DNA of 63,625 bases from the NCBI GenBank assembly GCA_029257065.1, contig JARIDA010000013.1, forward strand, positions 1 through 63,625. Direction: 5' to 3'. Below the pieces are notes generated by a model that worked only from the letters and a program-made list of their open reading frames with translations, ran no database searches and was not told the DNA's origin. The stretch is from Tissierellaceae bacterium. Its GTDB lineage: Bacteria > Bacillota > Clostridia > Tissierellales > Tissierellaceae. A program made the position numbers and the translations under genes. Shown one piece after another: positions 9,794 to 19,729 of this stretch. The first letter of the stretch is position 1. Every line of letters begins with the position of its first letter.

Positions 9794-10957
9794 CTAATCC
9801 AATTTTGCATATCTTGATAGATTTAATAATATACCTATCATACTCATATAAATAACTAAAGATGTTCCACCATAAGAAATAAATGGTAATGTTATACCTG
9901 TAGTTGGTATTGTTGATGTTACAACAGATATATGTATTATCGTTTGAATAGTAACTAATGCAGTAATTCCTGTTGCCAAGTATTTTCCAAATAAATCTTC
10001 AATATTTATGGCTATAGTAACTCCACGCCATATTAATATCATATATAGTATTATAATAAGTGTAGAACCTGCAAGACCTAATTCTTCACCTATTATAGAA
10101 AATATAAAATCATTATAAGGTTCTGGTATATAAAAGAATTTTTGTCTAGATTTACCTAATCCTAAACCAAACACTCCACCTGAACCTAATGCATATAAGG
10201 ATTGTACAGCCTGATATCCTTCATTTAAACTATATTTAAATGGATCTAAAAAAGACATTATTCTTCTTACTCTAAAAGCATTGCTAGATGTTGGGTCTGA
10301 TGCAGCTTTTTTGAAAATATAGACTGCTACTGAACTTACTAAACCAATAATGGGTACTAAAAATAATATATTCATTCCTGCTATTATATACATAAACATC
10401 ATAGTTCCAGCCAGTGTTAATGTGGTTCCTAAGTCTCTTTGTATGTATATTGAAGCTAAAGAAACCGACATAACCATCATGGCTGGTATAAAGCCACTTT
10501 TAAACTGTCTTGCACTTCGTTTTTTATTAGCAAGAAAATTAGCGAAGAATATTATAGAACCTAATTTTACAATATCACCAGGCATAAAACCTATAATTCC
10601 TAAACTAATCCATCTTCTTGCACCTAAACGTTCAACTCCTAAAGGAGTGAATAATAATGCAACAGTTCCCAAGGATAATAGATATATTATAAAAGAGTTC
10701 TTCTTCCAATTTCTATAATCAATATTCATAACAAAAACCATAGCAACAAAACCAATGATTCCAAATATTATTTGGCGTTTTATAAAATAATATTCATCAT
10801 TATAGGGATGCCCCATGGCATCAGGCCAACTAGAACTAAACACCATAATAAATCCTATAAATACTAGCATTAAAGTAGTAATTAATAGGATAAAATCCAC
10901 TTGGTTTTTTTTATTTCTATTGTCTTCTATGGTCCTTTTAGTTCTTCTCCTTCTCAT
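9794..10957 (-). CDS. ftsW: SEDS family peptidoglycan glycosyltransferase FtsW/SpoVE
   Basis: 387-aa polytopic membrane protein with SEDS blocks (PEPYNDFIFSIIGEELG, GITLPFISYGGTS). dcw position between murD and murG. Confidence 0.92.
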   Translation of the reverse strand: MRRRRTKRTIEDNRNKKNQVDFILLITTLMLVFIGFIMVFSSSWPDAMGHPYNDEYYFIKRQIIFGIIGFVAMVFVMNIDYRNWKKNSFIIYLLSLGTVALLFTPLGVERLGARRWISLGIIGFMPGDIVKLGSIIFFANFLANKKRSARQFKSGFIPAMMVMSVSLASIYIQRDLGTTLTLAGTMMFMYIIAGMNILFLVPIIGLVSSVAVYIFKKAASDPTSSNAFRVRRIMSFLDPFKYSLNEGYQAVQSLYALGSGGVFGLGLGKSRQKFFYIPEPYNDFIFSIIGEELGLAGSTLIIILYMILIWRGVTIAINIEDLFGKYLATGITALVTIQTIIHISVVTSTIPTTGITLPFISYGGTSLVIYMSMIGILLNLSRYAKLD

Positions 10958-10958
10958 A

Positions 10959-12314
10959 TTAATCCACCTTAATATTTTTTACTTGTTTTTTAAAGTCTTT
11001 CCCTCGTTCTTCAAAGTTTTTATACATTCCCCAAGATGCACATGCAGGTGATAGTATAATTTTATCATGAACTTCTGCTAAACTAAATGCTTTTTCTACT
11101 GCTTCTCTCATTGTTTTAACTTCAAATGTATTGTTAAAACCTTGCTTTTTTGCTTCTTTCATTATTTTATCCTTTGTTTCTCCCATAATTATTAAATCCT
11201 TTGTTTCTAATAAAACTTCTTTGATTAATTCTCCAAACTCTGAACCTTTATCATATCCACCAGCTATTAAAATTTTACTTCCTTTTATAGATTGTAAAGC
11301 CTTAATAGTAGATTCTGGATTTGTGCCTTTAGAATCATTATAAAAATCAATACCTTTTATGTTTTTTACAAATTCCATTCTATGTTCCAGTGGAGAGAAC
11401 TCCTTAATAACCTTTTCAACTATACTCATATCTAGGCCATAGGCATAACTAACTCCTATAGCCGCTAATAAGTTCTCAGTTATAATTCCTTTTTCTTCTA
11501 TATCTATGATTTTTTCTATTTTATTATTAAATTTAATATAAATTTTATTCTCTTTTAAATATATTCCTTCTTCCAATTCTTCTTTTGTACTAAAAAATAT
11601 TATTTTGCTATTAAGTTCTTTTGAAAAATCCCTTATTAAATCATTATCATAATTCAGTATGGACCAATCGTTTTTATTTTGATTTATGAATGCTTTTTTC
11701 TTCGATTTAAAATAATCTTCAAAATTTCCATGCCAGTCTAAATGATCTGGGCTTATATTTATAAAAAGTGATATTTTTGGTTTAAATTCTTTAGTGCTTT
11801 CCAATTGAAAGCTACTTGCTTCTATTATAAATACATCTTCTTGATTGGACTGAAATATTAAGTCCATAATTCCTTTGCCTATATTACCTGCTAAATGGAC
11901 CTTTTTATTTGCTTTCTTAAATATTTCTCCTAATAGAGTTGTCGTTGTTGTTTTACCATTAGTACCTGTAACAAGAATCATATTTTTATTCTTAGATATG
12001 AGATAAGCTAACTCTAAATCCGTCACAATTTTTATATTCAGATTTCTAGCTTTTTTTAATACATCTGTATTTAGTGGTATTCCTGGACTTTTTACCAATA
12101 AGTCTAAATGGGAAATTTCTAATTTATCATTTCCAAAGATGCTAACATAATCAACATCTTCAATTCGACTTAAAACTTCTTCTAAATCTTTTGCTCGTTT
12201 TGAATCTATTAAAGTTAAATTCGCACCTAATCTATTAAGAGCTTTAACAGTAGAAAGTCCACTTATCCCTATTCCATATATTCCTATATTTTTATTCTTA
12301 AATTCAAGTTTCAA
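10959..12314 (-). CDS. murD: UDP-N-acetylmuramoylalanine--D-glutamate ligase MurD
   Basis: 451 aa. N-terminal Rossmann IGIYGIGISG and Mur ligase P-loop VTGTNGKTTTT. dcw position. Confidence 0.95.
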   Translation of the reverse strand: MKLEFKNKNIGIYGIGISGLSTVKALNRLGANLTLIDSKRAKDLEEVLSRIEDVDYVSIFGNDKLEISHLDLLVKSPGIPLNTDVLKKARNLNIKIVTDLELAYLISKNKNMILVTGTNGKTTTTTLLGEIFKKANKKVHLAGNIGKGIMDLIFQSNQEDVFIIEASSFQLESTKEFKPKISLFINISPDHLDWHGNFEDYFKSKKKAFINQNKNDWSILNYDNDLIRDFSKELNSKIIFFSTKEELEEGIYLKENKIYIKFNNKIEKIIDIEEKGIITENLLAAIGVSYAYGLDMSIVEKVIKEFSPLEHRMEFVKNIKGIDFYNDSKGTNPESTIKALQSIKGSKILIAGGYDKGSEFGELIKEVLLETKDLIIMGETKDKIMKEAKKQGFNNTFEVKTMREAVEKAFSLAEVHDKIILSPACASWGMYKNFEERGKDFKKQVKNIKVD

Positions 12315-12326
12315 ATTCTCACCATC

Positions 12327-13280
12327 CTATAATAAGCTTATAACTGCAATCAAGCATAAAATTAAAGTTATAGTCCAAAATACTATAACTACCTTTGTTT
12401 CTTTCCATCCTTTTTGTTCATAATGATGGTGTAAAGGACTCATTAAAAATACTTTTTTATTTCTATATTTATAAGATAATACCTGAATTATTACAGATAA
12501 TGCCTCTATAAAATATATTCCTCCTACTATTGGTATTATGAGAGGCAATTTTAAAGTCATAGCTATAGCTCCAACTGCTCCACCTAAAGCCATAGAACCT
12601 GTATCTCCCATAAATACCCTTGCCGGATATGAATTATATATTAAAAAACCTATACATGAGCCTGCTAATATAAGAGATGTCTGCATAATACTAGTTTCTC
12701 CATATTTATAACTGATATAAGCAAAAAATAATAATACAAATACAGTTACACCCGATGCTAAACCATCTAGTCCATCAGTTAAATTTACACTATTAACCGT
12801 CCCTACTAGGACAAAAGCCATAAATGGTATATATATAACACCTAATTGTATCATCTTATTAGTCATAAAAGGAACGATAATCTCTGATCCTTCAAATTTA
12901 AAGAAGTAAGTAGCTATTAATATACCAAAAACAATTTGACCTATTAACTTTTGATTAGGATTTAATCCCTCATTATCTTTTTTTATTACAATTAAAAAAT
13001 CATCTATAAATCCTATTAACCCAAAACAAAGAGTAGATAGAATTATAATTGATATTTTTTTATCTAAATCCACTAATGTTAATACTCCAAATATCATAGC
13101 TATTAAGAATATGATTCCACCCATTGTTGGTGTTCCACTTTTTTTATAATGAGATTTTGGTCCTTCTTTTCTAACACTTTGACCTATCTCTAGTTTTTTT
13201 AATAAAGGTATTATAATTGGACCTAATATAACAGCTGCTATAAAGGGAATACCTATATATTTAATATTCTCAAAAAACAT
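12327..13280 (-). CDS. mraY: phospho-N-acetylmuramoyl-pentapeptide transferase MraY
   Basis: 317 aa. Motifs GTPTMGG, NLTDGLDGLA, MGDTGSMALGG, PLHHHYE. Confidence 0.97.
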   Translation of the reverse strand: MFFENIKYIGIPFIAAVILGPIIIPLLKKLEIGQSVRKEGPKSHYKKSGTPTMGGIIFLIAMIFGVLTLVDLDKKISIIILSTLCFGLIGFIDDFLIVIKKDNEGLNPNQKLIGQIVFGILIATYFFKFEGSEIIVPFMTNKMIQLGVIYIPFMAFVLVGTVNSVNLTDGLDGLASGVTVFVLLFFAYISYKYGETSIMQTSLILAGSCIGFLIYNSYPARVFMGDTGSMALGGAVGAIAMTLKLPLIIPIVGGIYFIEALSVIIQVLSYKYRNKKVFLMSPLHHHYEQKGWKETKVVIVFWTITLILCLIAVISLL

Positions 13281-13296
13281 AACCCTCTCCTTGATT

Positions 13297-14757
13297 TTAT
13301 TTATTTTTTAAATAATCCAATACTATTTCTCTTTCATCACATGGTATGGTTTTATCTCCAATTATGGTATATGTTTCATGTCCCTTACCAGCTAAAAGTA
13401 TAATATCTCCTGCCCCAGCTATATCAAGGGCATGATGGATAGCTTCAATTCTGTCTATTATTTTTATATAATTATCTGTTTCTTTTTTAACACCAACAAT
13501 TATATTGTCTATTATTTCCTCTGGATCTTCATTCCTAGGGTTATCTGATGTCACTATAGATATATCAGCATGTCTTCCTACAACTTCTCCCATTTCTGGT
13601 CTTTTAGTTTTATCTCTATTTCCACCTGCACCAAATAAAACTATCTTTTTTCCTATAACAAACTCATCTATTACATTAAGCACCTTTTCTAGTCCTTCAG
13701 CAGTATGTGCAAAGTCTATTATTACAGTATATTCCTTATCTATTGGAACCACTTCAAATCTACCTTTAATTCCCTCTACTGATTCCAAACCATTTTTTAC
13801 AATATCCACAGATAGATTGTATCCATATGCAAATGCTGCAGCTGCCAATGCATTGTAAACGCTGAACTCACCTGGTATATTCAACTTTATATTTCTCTTT
13901 TCATCTCCATATATTAAATCGAATTGTACAGTGGATAAACTATATTCAATATTTTTTGCAGTAATCTGAAGATTTTTTTCATTTATTCCATAGCTTATTA
14001 AAGTATCTTTATTTTCTATTTTACTAGCAATCTCTTTACCATATTTATCATCTAAATTGATTATATTATTTTTTGTAGTTTTTTCAAATAGTTTGGATTT
14101 ACTTTGAAAATAATTTTCAATAGTATTGTGATAATCCAAATGATCCTTAGACAAATTAGTGAAAATGCCAGTCTCAAAGTCCATATAATTGACTCTTTTT
14201 AAATCTAAAGCATGAGATGATACTTCCATAACACAGTGTTCTAATTGATTTTTCTTCATCTGATTTAACAACTCATGTATTACTACTGAATTGGGTGTAG
14301 TATTGTCCACTTCAACTTTTTCTTCACCTACTATAGCCCCCATAGTTCCTATTATTCCAGATTTTTTCTTGGCTTCATCTAATATATTCTTTATAAAATA
14401 TGTTGTAGATGTTTTTCCATTGGTTCCTGTTATTCCAGTTAGGTGAAGACTTTTCCATGGTTCTTTATTAAATTTACATAAAGAATATGCTAAAGCATCA
14501 GCACTACTATCTACTCTTAATACTGTAGCATCACCTTTTATAGATATATCTTTTTCAACTATAATCGCTATAGCACCTAATTCAATGGCATTTTCTATAT
14601 AGTCATGGCCATCTACCGTATATCCAATTTCTGCAACAAATAAACTTCCCTCTATTACCTGTCTTGAATCATTAACTATATTTTTAATTTCCACATCTAA
14701 GTTACCTTGTATTTTTTTATAATTGTATCCATTAATTATTGTATCTAGTCTCAACAT
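13297..14757 (-). CDS. murE: UDP-N-acetylmuramoyl-L-alanyl-D-glutamate--2,6-diaminopimelate ligase MurE
   Basis: 486 aa. P-loop GITGTNGKTST. The DNPR motif (TSDNPRNEDP) suggests meso-DAP specificity. Confidence 0.93.
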   Translation of the reverse strand: MLRLDTIINGYNYKKIQGNLDVEIKNIVNDSRQVIEGSLFVAEIGYTVDGHDYIENAIELGAIAIIVEKDISIKGDATVLRVDSSADALAYSLCKFNKEPWKSLHLTGITGTNGKTSTTYFIKNILDEAKKKSGIIGTMGAIVGEEKVEVDNTTPNSVVIHELLNQMKKNQLEHCVMEVSSHALDLKRVNYMDFETGIFTNLSKDHLDYHNTIENYFQSKSKLFEKTTKNNIINLDDKYGKEIASKIENKDTLISYGINEKNLQITAKNIEYSLSTVQFDLIYGDEKRNIKLNIPGEFSVYNALAAAAFAYGYNLSVDIVKNGLESVEGIKGRFEVVPIDKEYTVIIDFAHTAEGLEKVLNVIDEFVIGKKIVLFGAGGNRDKTKRPEMGEVVGRHADISIVTSDNPRNEDPEEIIDNIIVGVKKETDNYIKIIDRIEAIHHALDIAGAGDIILLAGKGHETYTIIGDKTIPCDEREIVLDYLKNK

Positions 14758-14778
14758 TTACACCTCTTTACACTAATT

Positions 14779-14804
14779 AAATGGCAACTAGATAGTTGCC
14801 ATTT
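14779..14804 (-). other. perfect 11-bp stem hairpin between pbp and murE (no U-tract)
   Basis: AAATGGCAACT-AGAT-AGTTGCCATTT within the 51-nt gap between the pbp stop (14809) and the murE start (14757). Not followed by a T-run on the transcribed strand. Confidence 0.5.
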
Positions 14805-14808
14805 CTAA

Positions 14809-16959
14809 TTATTCTAAATTAATTTGTATTTTTGTCTCTTTGGTTAATTTACTACCTGGTTCTGGGCTTTGTTTTTTACAAACCCCTTCTCCTTGTATAT
14901 TATACTCTAAATTCATCTTTTCTAAAATATTTACTATTTCTTCTTTATTCTTGCCTTTCAACTCTGGCATTTTCACTTCTACTTTACTACCTTTTTTATC
15001 TAGTACTAAATCTATAATTGAATCTAATTCTAAAGTTATTCCAGTTTCTGGAAACTGCTGAATTACTACTACATTTGAATCTGACACTCTAAAATCTGTC
15101 ATATATCTTAATCCTGCTTCTGTTAATATTTTCCCTGCTTCTTCTATTTTCATACCTGTAACATCAGGTACTTGAACAAATCCACCTATTTCATCTTTAC
15201 TCTCTTCAGCGCTAATTTCTAAATACTTTAAAGTGTTTTCTATGATTTCCTTGGCAATTGGTGCCGCTGTAGTACCTCCATAATAAACTCCCTCAGGATC
15301 ATCAACTATCACCAACATAACCATTTTAGGTTCATTAGTTGGTGATACAGCAGCAAAAGAACCTATATACTTTCCTTTTACATATCTTCCATCAACTACC
15401 TTCTCAGCTGTACCAGTTTTTCCTCCAACAGTATATCCTGGAATATATGCATTAGAACCACTTCCATCATTAACAACTGACTCCATTAATTCTAACATGG
15501 TATCTGAAGTTTCTTTGGATAAAACTTTTCTTATTATTTCTGGTTCAAATTTTTCCACACTATTTCCTTTAGAGTCTATAATTTCTTTAACCAATCTAGG
15601 TTTCATTAAGTCTCCACCATTTGTTATAGCAGCAACTGCATTTACTAATTGGATAGGAGTTACAGCAACCCCATGCCCATATGACATGGTCCCTAAATTA
15701 ACATCTCTAATTACATCTACTGATCTAGGAATTAGCCCATATTCTTCACCATTCAAATCAATTCCCGTTTTTTGTCCAAATCCAAATGCTTTTAAATATT
15801 TAAGAAATTTCTCTTTGCCTAATCTGTTTGCAGTATTAATAAAAACAATATTACAGGAAACATCTAGCCCCTGTTGGAAGGTTAAGTCTCTGTGTGGATT
15901 ATAATATCTGGAGCATTTAAGTGTTTCCCCATCTACTTTAATAAATCCATTACAATAAAAATTACTATTTTTACTTATAAGATTTTCCTCAAGAGCTGCG
16001 GCTGCTGTAATAAGTTTAAATGTTGATCCTGGTTCATATATATCATTTATAGAGTAATTTCTCCATGTATCAAACCATTTTTCCTGAAGTTCTTTTGAGT
16101 CTAATTGATCCCATTCCTTTTGAGTGGACTCATCTTTAGCTTTTCTAGGATGATTAGGGTCATAATCCGGTTTGTTTACCATGGCTAATATTTCACCTGT
16201 TTTAGGTTCCATAGCTATTACTGATATATTTCTAGCTTTATTATTGGCCATAGACTCATTTACAGCTTTTTCTGCAAATTTTTGTACTGTTTCATCTATA
16301 GTAAGCACTATGGACATTCCATCTTCTGCCTCATAAACTTTCTCAGAGTCAAAGGGCAATTGTCTTCCAGGAGCATCTGTAATCTTAATCCATTTACCCT
16401 TTTCTCCAGATAAATAGTTATCATAGGTTTTTTCAATTCCATAAAGTCCATTATTATCGATATCTGTAAAACCTATTACATGAGAGGCAAAACTATCATA
16501 TGGATAATATCTTTTATAATCATCTACAATTTCTATACCTCTTACATTTGCCTCTTTTAAGTCCAATACTTCATCTTCACTTATCCATTGTTTTAATCTT
16601 TCATGACCTGTTTTCTTATTGAAAATCTCTAAGATTTTCACTTCTTCTAAATCTAATATTCTAGCTATTTTTTCTGCATTTTCTTTTTTTGAATCTACTT
16701 TTAACTCTGCTATATTCACCCAAGCTGTTGAAGCATTCTTACTAATAGCTAGTTTCTTACCATTTCTATCATAAATAAATCCTCTTTTAGGCTTTATTGT
16801 TATACCTCTAGTCCATTGATTAAGTGCTCCCCTTTTCAATTCTTCGCCTTTATAAATTTGTAAATATGATAATCTTATTATAAGTAATATAAATACTCCA
16901 AAAGCAATTACAAGAGTTGCTTTTAATCGTTTGTTTTGAGGATTTTTTGAACTTTTCAC
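14809..16959 (-). CDS. class B penicillin-binding protein (FtsI/PBP2B/SpoVD type) with two C-terminal PASTA domains
   Basis: 716 aa. N-terminal TM, transpeptidase motifs STFK (GSTFKLITAA), SCN and KTGT (GGKTGTAE). Two PASTA-like repeats (VQVPDVTGMKIEEAGKIL..., VKMPELKGKNKEEIVNIL...). Confidence 0.93.
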   Translation of the reverse strand: MKSSKNPQNKRLKATLVIAFGVFILLIIRLSYLQIYKGEELKRGALNQWTRGITIKPKRGFIYDRNGKKLAISKNASTAWVNIAELKVDSKKENAEKIARILDLEEVKILEIFNKKTGHERLKQWISEDEVLDLKEANVRGIEIVDDYKRYYPYDSFASHVIGFTDIDNNGLYGIEKTYDNYLSGEKGKWIKITDAPGRQLPFDSEKVYEAEDGMSIVLTIDETVQKFAEKAVNESMANNKARNISVIAMEPKTGEILAMVNKPDYDPNHPRKAKDESTQKEWDQLDSKELQEKWFDTWRNYSINDIYEPGSTFKLITAAAALEENLISKNSNFYCNGFIKVDGETLKCSRYYNPHRDLTFQQGLDVSCNIVFINTANRLGKEKFLKYLKAFGFGQKTGIDLNGEEYGLIPRSVDVIRDVNLGTMSYGHGVAVTPIQLVNAVAAITNGGDLMKPRLVKEIIDSKGNSVEKFEPEIIRKVLSKETSDTMLELMESVVNDGSGSNAYIPGYTVGGKTGTAEKVVDGRYVKGKYIGSFAAVSPTNEPKMVMLVIVDDPEGVYYGGTTAAPIAKEIIENTLKYLEISAEESKDEIGGFVQVPDVTGMKIEEAGKILTEAGLRYMTDFRVSDSNVVVIQQFPETGITLELDSIIDLVLDKKGSKVEVKMPELKGKNKEEIVNILEKMNLEYNIQGEGVCKKQSPEPGSKLTKETKIQINLE

Positions 16960-16962
16960 TTG

Positions 16963-17412
16963 TTACCTCCTAAAAAAGATTTCTACTCCACTAATCAATT
17001 TATTAAAATTTTCTTTTACTATATAACTAAAGTCTTCTGCCTTAGTCTCAGTTTTTCCTACAGATAAATACACTAACTGCCCATCATTAGGATAATCCAT
17101 TCCTAATTTTAAAGTAGCTTCCTCTTCTATTTTTTCTGAAGATTTAATACCTTCTAATTTCGCTTGTAAATTTACTTTCTTTTTTTCCAAATCTTCAATA
17201 TTTCTTTCTAATTTTGTTATATCTGTTCTTATAGAGGTTATTGCAGCATATCTTGATAATAATAAAAGGGAAACTCCTAAAAATAATAATATTATTCCTA
17301 AAGAGCCTAGTTTTCCATTACTTTTCTTCTTTACCTTTTTCCGCCTTCTATTCCTATTTATCTCTTCACTTTCTCTCTGTTCATGAATTTTCTCATAATC
17401 TTTTGCTAACAA
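16963..17412 (-). CDS. ftsL: cell division protein FtsL (septum formation initiator-like)
   Basis: 149 aa. Basic N-terminus, single TM, coiled coil (ITKLERNIEDLEKKKVNLQAKLE). Position between rsmH and pbp. Confidence 0.75.
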   Translation of the reverse strand: MLAKDYEKIHEQRESEEINRNRRRKKVKKKSNGKLGSLGIILLFLGVSLLLLSRYAAITSIRTDITKLERNIEDLEKKKVNLQAKLEGIKSSEKIEEEATLKLGMDYPNDGQLVYLSVGKTETKAEDFSYIVKENFNKLISGVEIFFRR

Positions 17413-17436
17413 TATAAACCCTCCTATTCATAGATA

Positions 17437-18369
17437 CTAAATCTTTTCAGCGATTCTAAGTTTGGCAGACCTTGATCTTATATTATATTCTAATTCATCT
17501 TCTGTTGCTATAATTGGCCTTCTAGTTATTATTTTTATCTCTCTCTTCTTGTCACACATACATATAGGTATCTCTGGTGGACAAATACATTCAGTAAATA
17601 AATCTCTATATTCATTTTTTACTATTCTATCTTCTAAGGAATGAAATGTTATAATTGCTAATCTTCCACCCTTATTCAATCTTTTTACTATTTTAGGAAT
17701 TGAAGATTTAAGAACATCTAACTCTCGATTAACCTCAATTCTTATTGCTTGAAAAGTCTTTCTTCCTGGATGTGGCATATTTCTTCTCACACCTATTGGG
17801 ATTGCTTTTTTCAAAACTTCTACTAATTCTAATGTAGTGTCTATTGTTTTTTCTTTTCTCTCCTCAACTATAAATTCAGCTATTCTTTTAGCCCAACTCT
17901 CTTCACCATATTCTAATATAACTCTTTCCAGTTCAGACTCTGAATATTCATTTACTAAATTCCACGCTGAGAATTCTTGGCTTCCATTCATTCTCATATC
18001 CAGTCTTGCATCTTGATGATAAGAGAATCCTCTAGATCCTTCGTCTAATTGGTGTGAAGATACTCCTATATCCAATAATACTCCATCCACTCCATCTATA
18101 TTCAATTGACCCAATACTTCATCTATATTCTCATAATTATTATGTATGAAAATCACTTTATCCTTGTATTCTTCCAACACTTCACTAGCCTTTTTCAAAG
18201 CATTTTCATCTTGATCTATTCCTATTAATTTGCCTGTAGTCAATCTCTTAACAATCTCAGATGAATGTCCTGCTCCACCTAGAGTTCCATCTATATAAAT
18301 ACCATCCGGCTTAATATTCAATCCCTCTATTACTTCTTCTAACAATACTGGTATATGGTTAAATTCCAT
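17437..18369 (-). CDS. rsmH: 16S rRNA (cytosine1402-N4)-methyltransferase RsmH
   Basis: 310 aa. HIPVLLEEV..., [31 protein letters not shown]. Confidence 0.97.
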   Translation of the reverse strand: MEFNHIPVLLEEVIEGLNIKPDGIYIDGTLGGAGHSSEIVKRLTTGKLIGIDQDENALKKASEVLEEYKDKVIFIHNNYENIDEVLGQLNIDGVDGVLLDIGVSSHQLDEGSRGFSYHQDARLDMRMNGSQEFSAWNLVNEYSESELERVILEYGEESWAKRIAEFIVEERKEKTIDTTLELVEVLKKAIPIGVRRNMPHPGRKTFQAIRIEVNRELDVLKSSIPKIVKRLNKGGRLAIITFHSLEDRIVKNEYRDLFTECICPPEIPICMCDKKREIKIITRRPIIATEDELEYNIRSRSAKLRIAEKI

Positions 18370-18384
18370 TAATTAATTCCTCCA

Positions 18385-18816
18385 TTATATTCCTAATTCA
18401 TACATTTTCTCTGCTATAGTCTCATAGGATAATCCCTCATTAGAATTATATCTATCCCACTGCTCTTTACTCCAAATTTCTATTCTAGAAGCTACTCCTA
18501 TTATGACAATATCTCTAATTATTTTTGAGTGTTCCTTTAAATCTCTTGGAATAAGTACTCTACCTTGTTTATCTAAATTGCACTCACTGGCTCCTGAAAA
18601 GAAAAATCTTACAAATGCTCTTGCCTCTCTATTAGTTAGTGGTAATTTTTTTAACTTTGATTCTAATTCTTTCCATTCTACTTCTGGATAAATAAATAGA
18701 CAATTATCAAGGCCCTTTGTCATGAAAAATCTATCTTCTAAGTTTTCACGAAATTTAGAAGGGACTATTACTCTGTTTTTTGTATCTAATATGTGTTCAT
18801 ATTTTCCTATAAACAA
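18385..18816 (-). CDS. mraZ: transcriptional regulator MraZ
   Basis: (L/M)FIGKYEHILDTKNRVIVPSKFRE and a second DKQGRVLIP repeat (SpoVT/AbrB-like pair). I prefer the TTG at 18816 (143 aa, typical MraZ length); the ORF track start is a GTG at 18867. Confidence 0.9.
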   Translation of the reverse strand: MFIGKYEHILDTKNRVIVPSKFRENLEDRFFMTKGLDNCLFIYPEVEWKELESKLKKLPLTNREARAFVRFFFSGASECNLDKQGRVLIPRDLKEHSKIIRDIVIIGVASRIEIWSKEQWDRYNSNEGLSYETIAEKMYELGI

Positions 18817-18960
18817 GTCAATCCCACTTTCAAAGTCTAAATACCACTTTAAACCACTCTCTTCCACCTACTATTCTATACTAAATTAGTCTTTTCTTCC
18901 AGTATTTTTAATCTTTTTTATCAATCTTAATTGATTATTCAAAACTTCTCTATTAAAACT

Positions 18961-18990
18961 AAAAAAACAGCCATTCCATCGAATGGCTGT
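18961..18990 (-). terminator. rho-independent terminator after lgt
   Basis: ACAGCCATTC-CATC-GAATGGCTGT followed by TTTTTTT on the minus strand. Confidence 0.75.
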
Positions 18991-18996
18991 TCGCTT

Positions 18997-19728
18997 TTAT
19001 AATTGTTTTTTTCTCTTATATATAAATAGTGCTACTCCTATAAAAATACCCATAATACTAACTAATTGTGCTATTCTTATATTTCCTAACATTAAACTAT
19101 CTGTTCTTAAGCCTTCTATCAAAACTCTAATAAATGAATATAATGCTAGATATAGTAAAAATAATTCTCCTGGAATTTTTTGATGGTTTTTTCTATACCA
19201 AATAAGAAAAATAAATATTCCTATATTCCATATAGATTCATATAGGAAGGTTGGATGAACCTTAACTCCTTCTACCATAATTCCCCAAGGAAGATCTGTA
19301 GGGCCTCCATGAGCTTCCTGATTTATATAATTTCCCCATCTTCCTATGGATTGACCTAAAACTAAACTAGGTGCCGCAATATCTGCTAAAACCCAGAAAT
19401 CTATTTTTTTTACTTTTGTAAATACTATGGCTACGATTATAGCTGTTATAACTCCGCCATGTATTGCAAGTCCACCATTTCTAATATTTAATATTTCTTT
19501 AAAACTCCCTCTATATCTATCCCATTCAAATATTACATAATACATTCTGGCACCTATAATAGATAGGGGCAAAGCTATTATTAAAAAGTCTAATAATGTA
19601 TCTTCACCTAAACCTACTCTATTAGCTTCTTTTATTCCTAGCATAGTTCCCACAAACATGGCCAAAGCTATTAATATGCCATACCAGGCCACATCAACTC
19701 CAAATATGCTAAATGCTATTGGATCCAC
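18997..19728 (-). CDS. lgt: prolipoprotein diacylglyceryl transferase Lgt
   Basis: 243 aa. GRWGNYINQEAHG, HPTFLYESIWN and multiple TMs. Confidence 0.93.
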   Translation of the reverse strand: MDPIAFSIFGVDVAWYGILIALAMFVGTMLGIKEANRVGLGEDTLLDFLIIALPLSIIGARMYYVIFEWDRYRGSFKEILNIRNGGLAIHGGVITAIIVAIVFTKVKKIDFWVLADIAAPSLVLGQSIGRWGNYINQEAHGGPTDLPWGIMVEGVKVHPTFLYESIWNIGIFIFLIWYRKNHQKIPGELFLLYLALYSFIRVLIEGLRTDSLMLGNIRIAQLVSIMGIFIGVALFIYKRKKQL

Positions 19729-19729
19729 T

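Noticed and set aside
13281-13296. Absence of murF between murE and mraY
   Set aside because: This is the normal arrangement in Bacillus-type dcw clusters, where murF is encoded elsewhere. It is not an anomaly.
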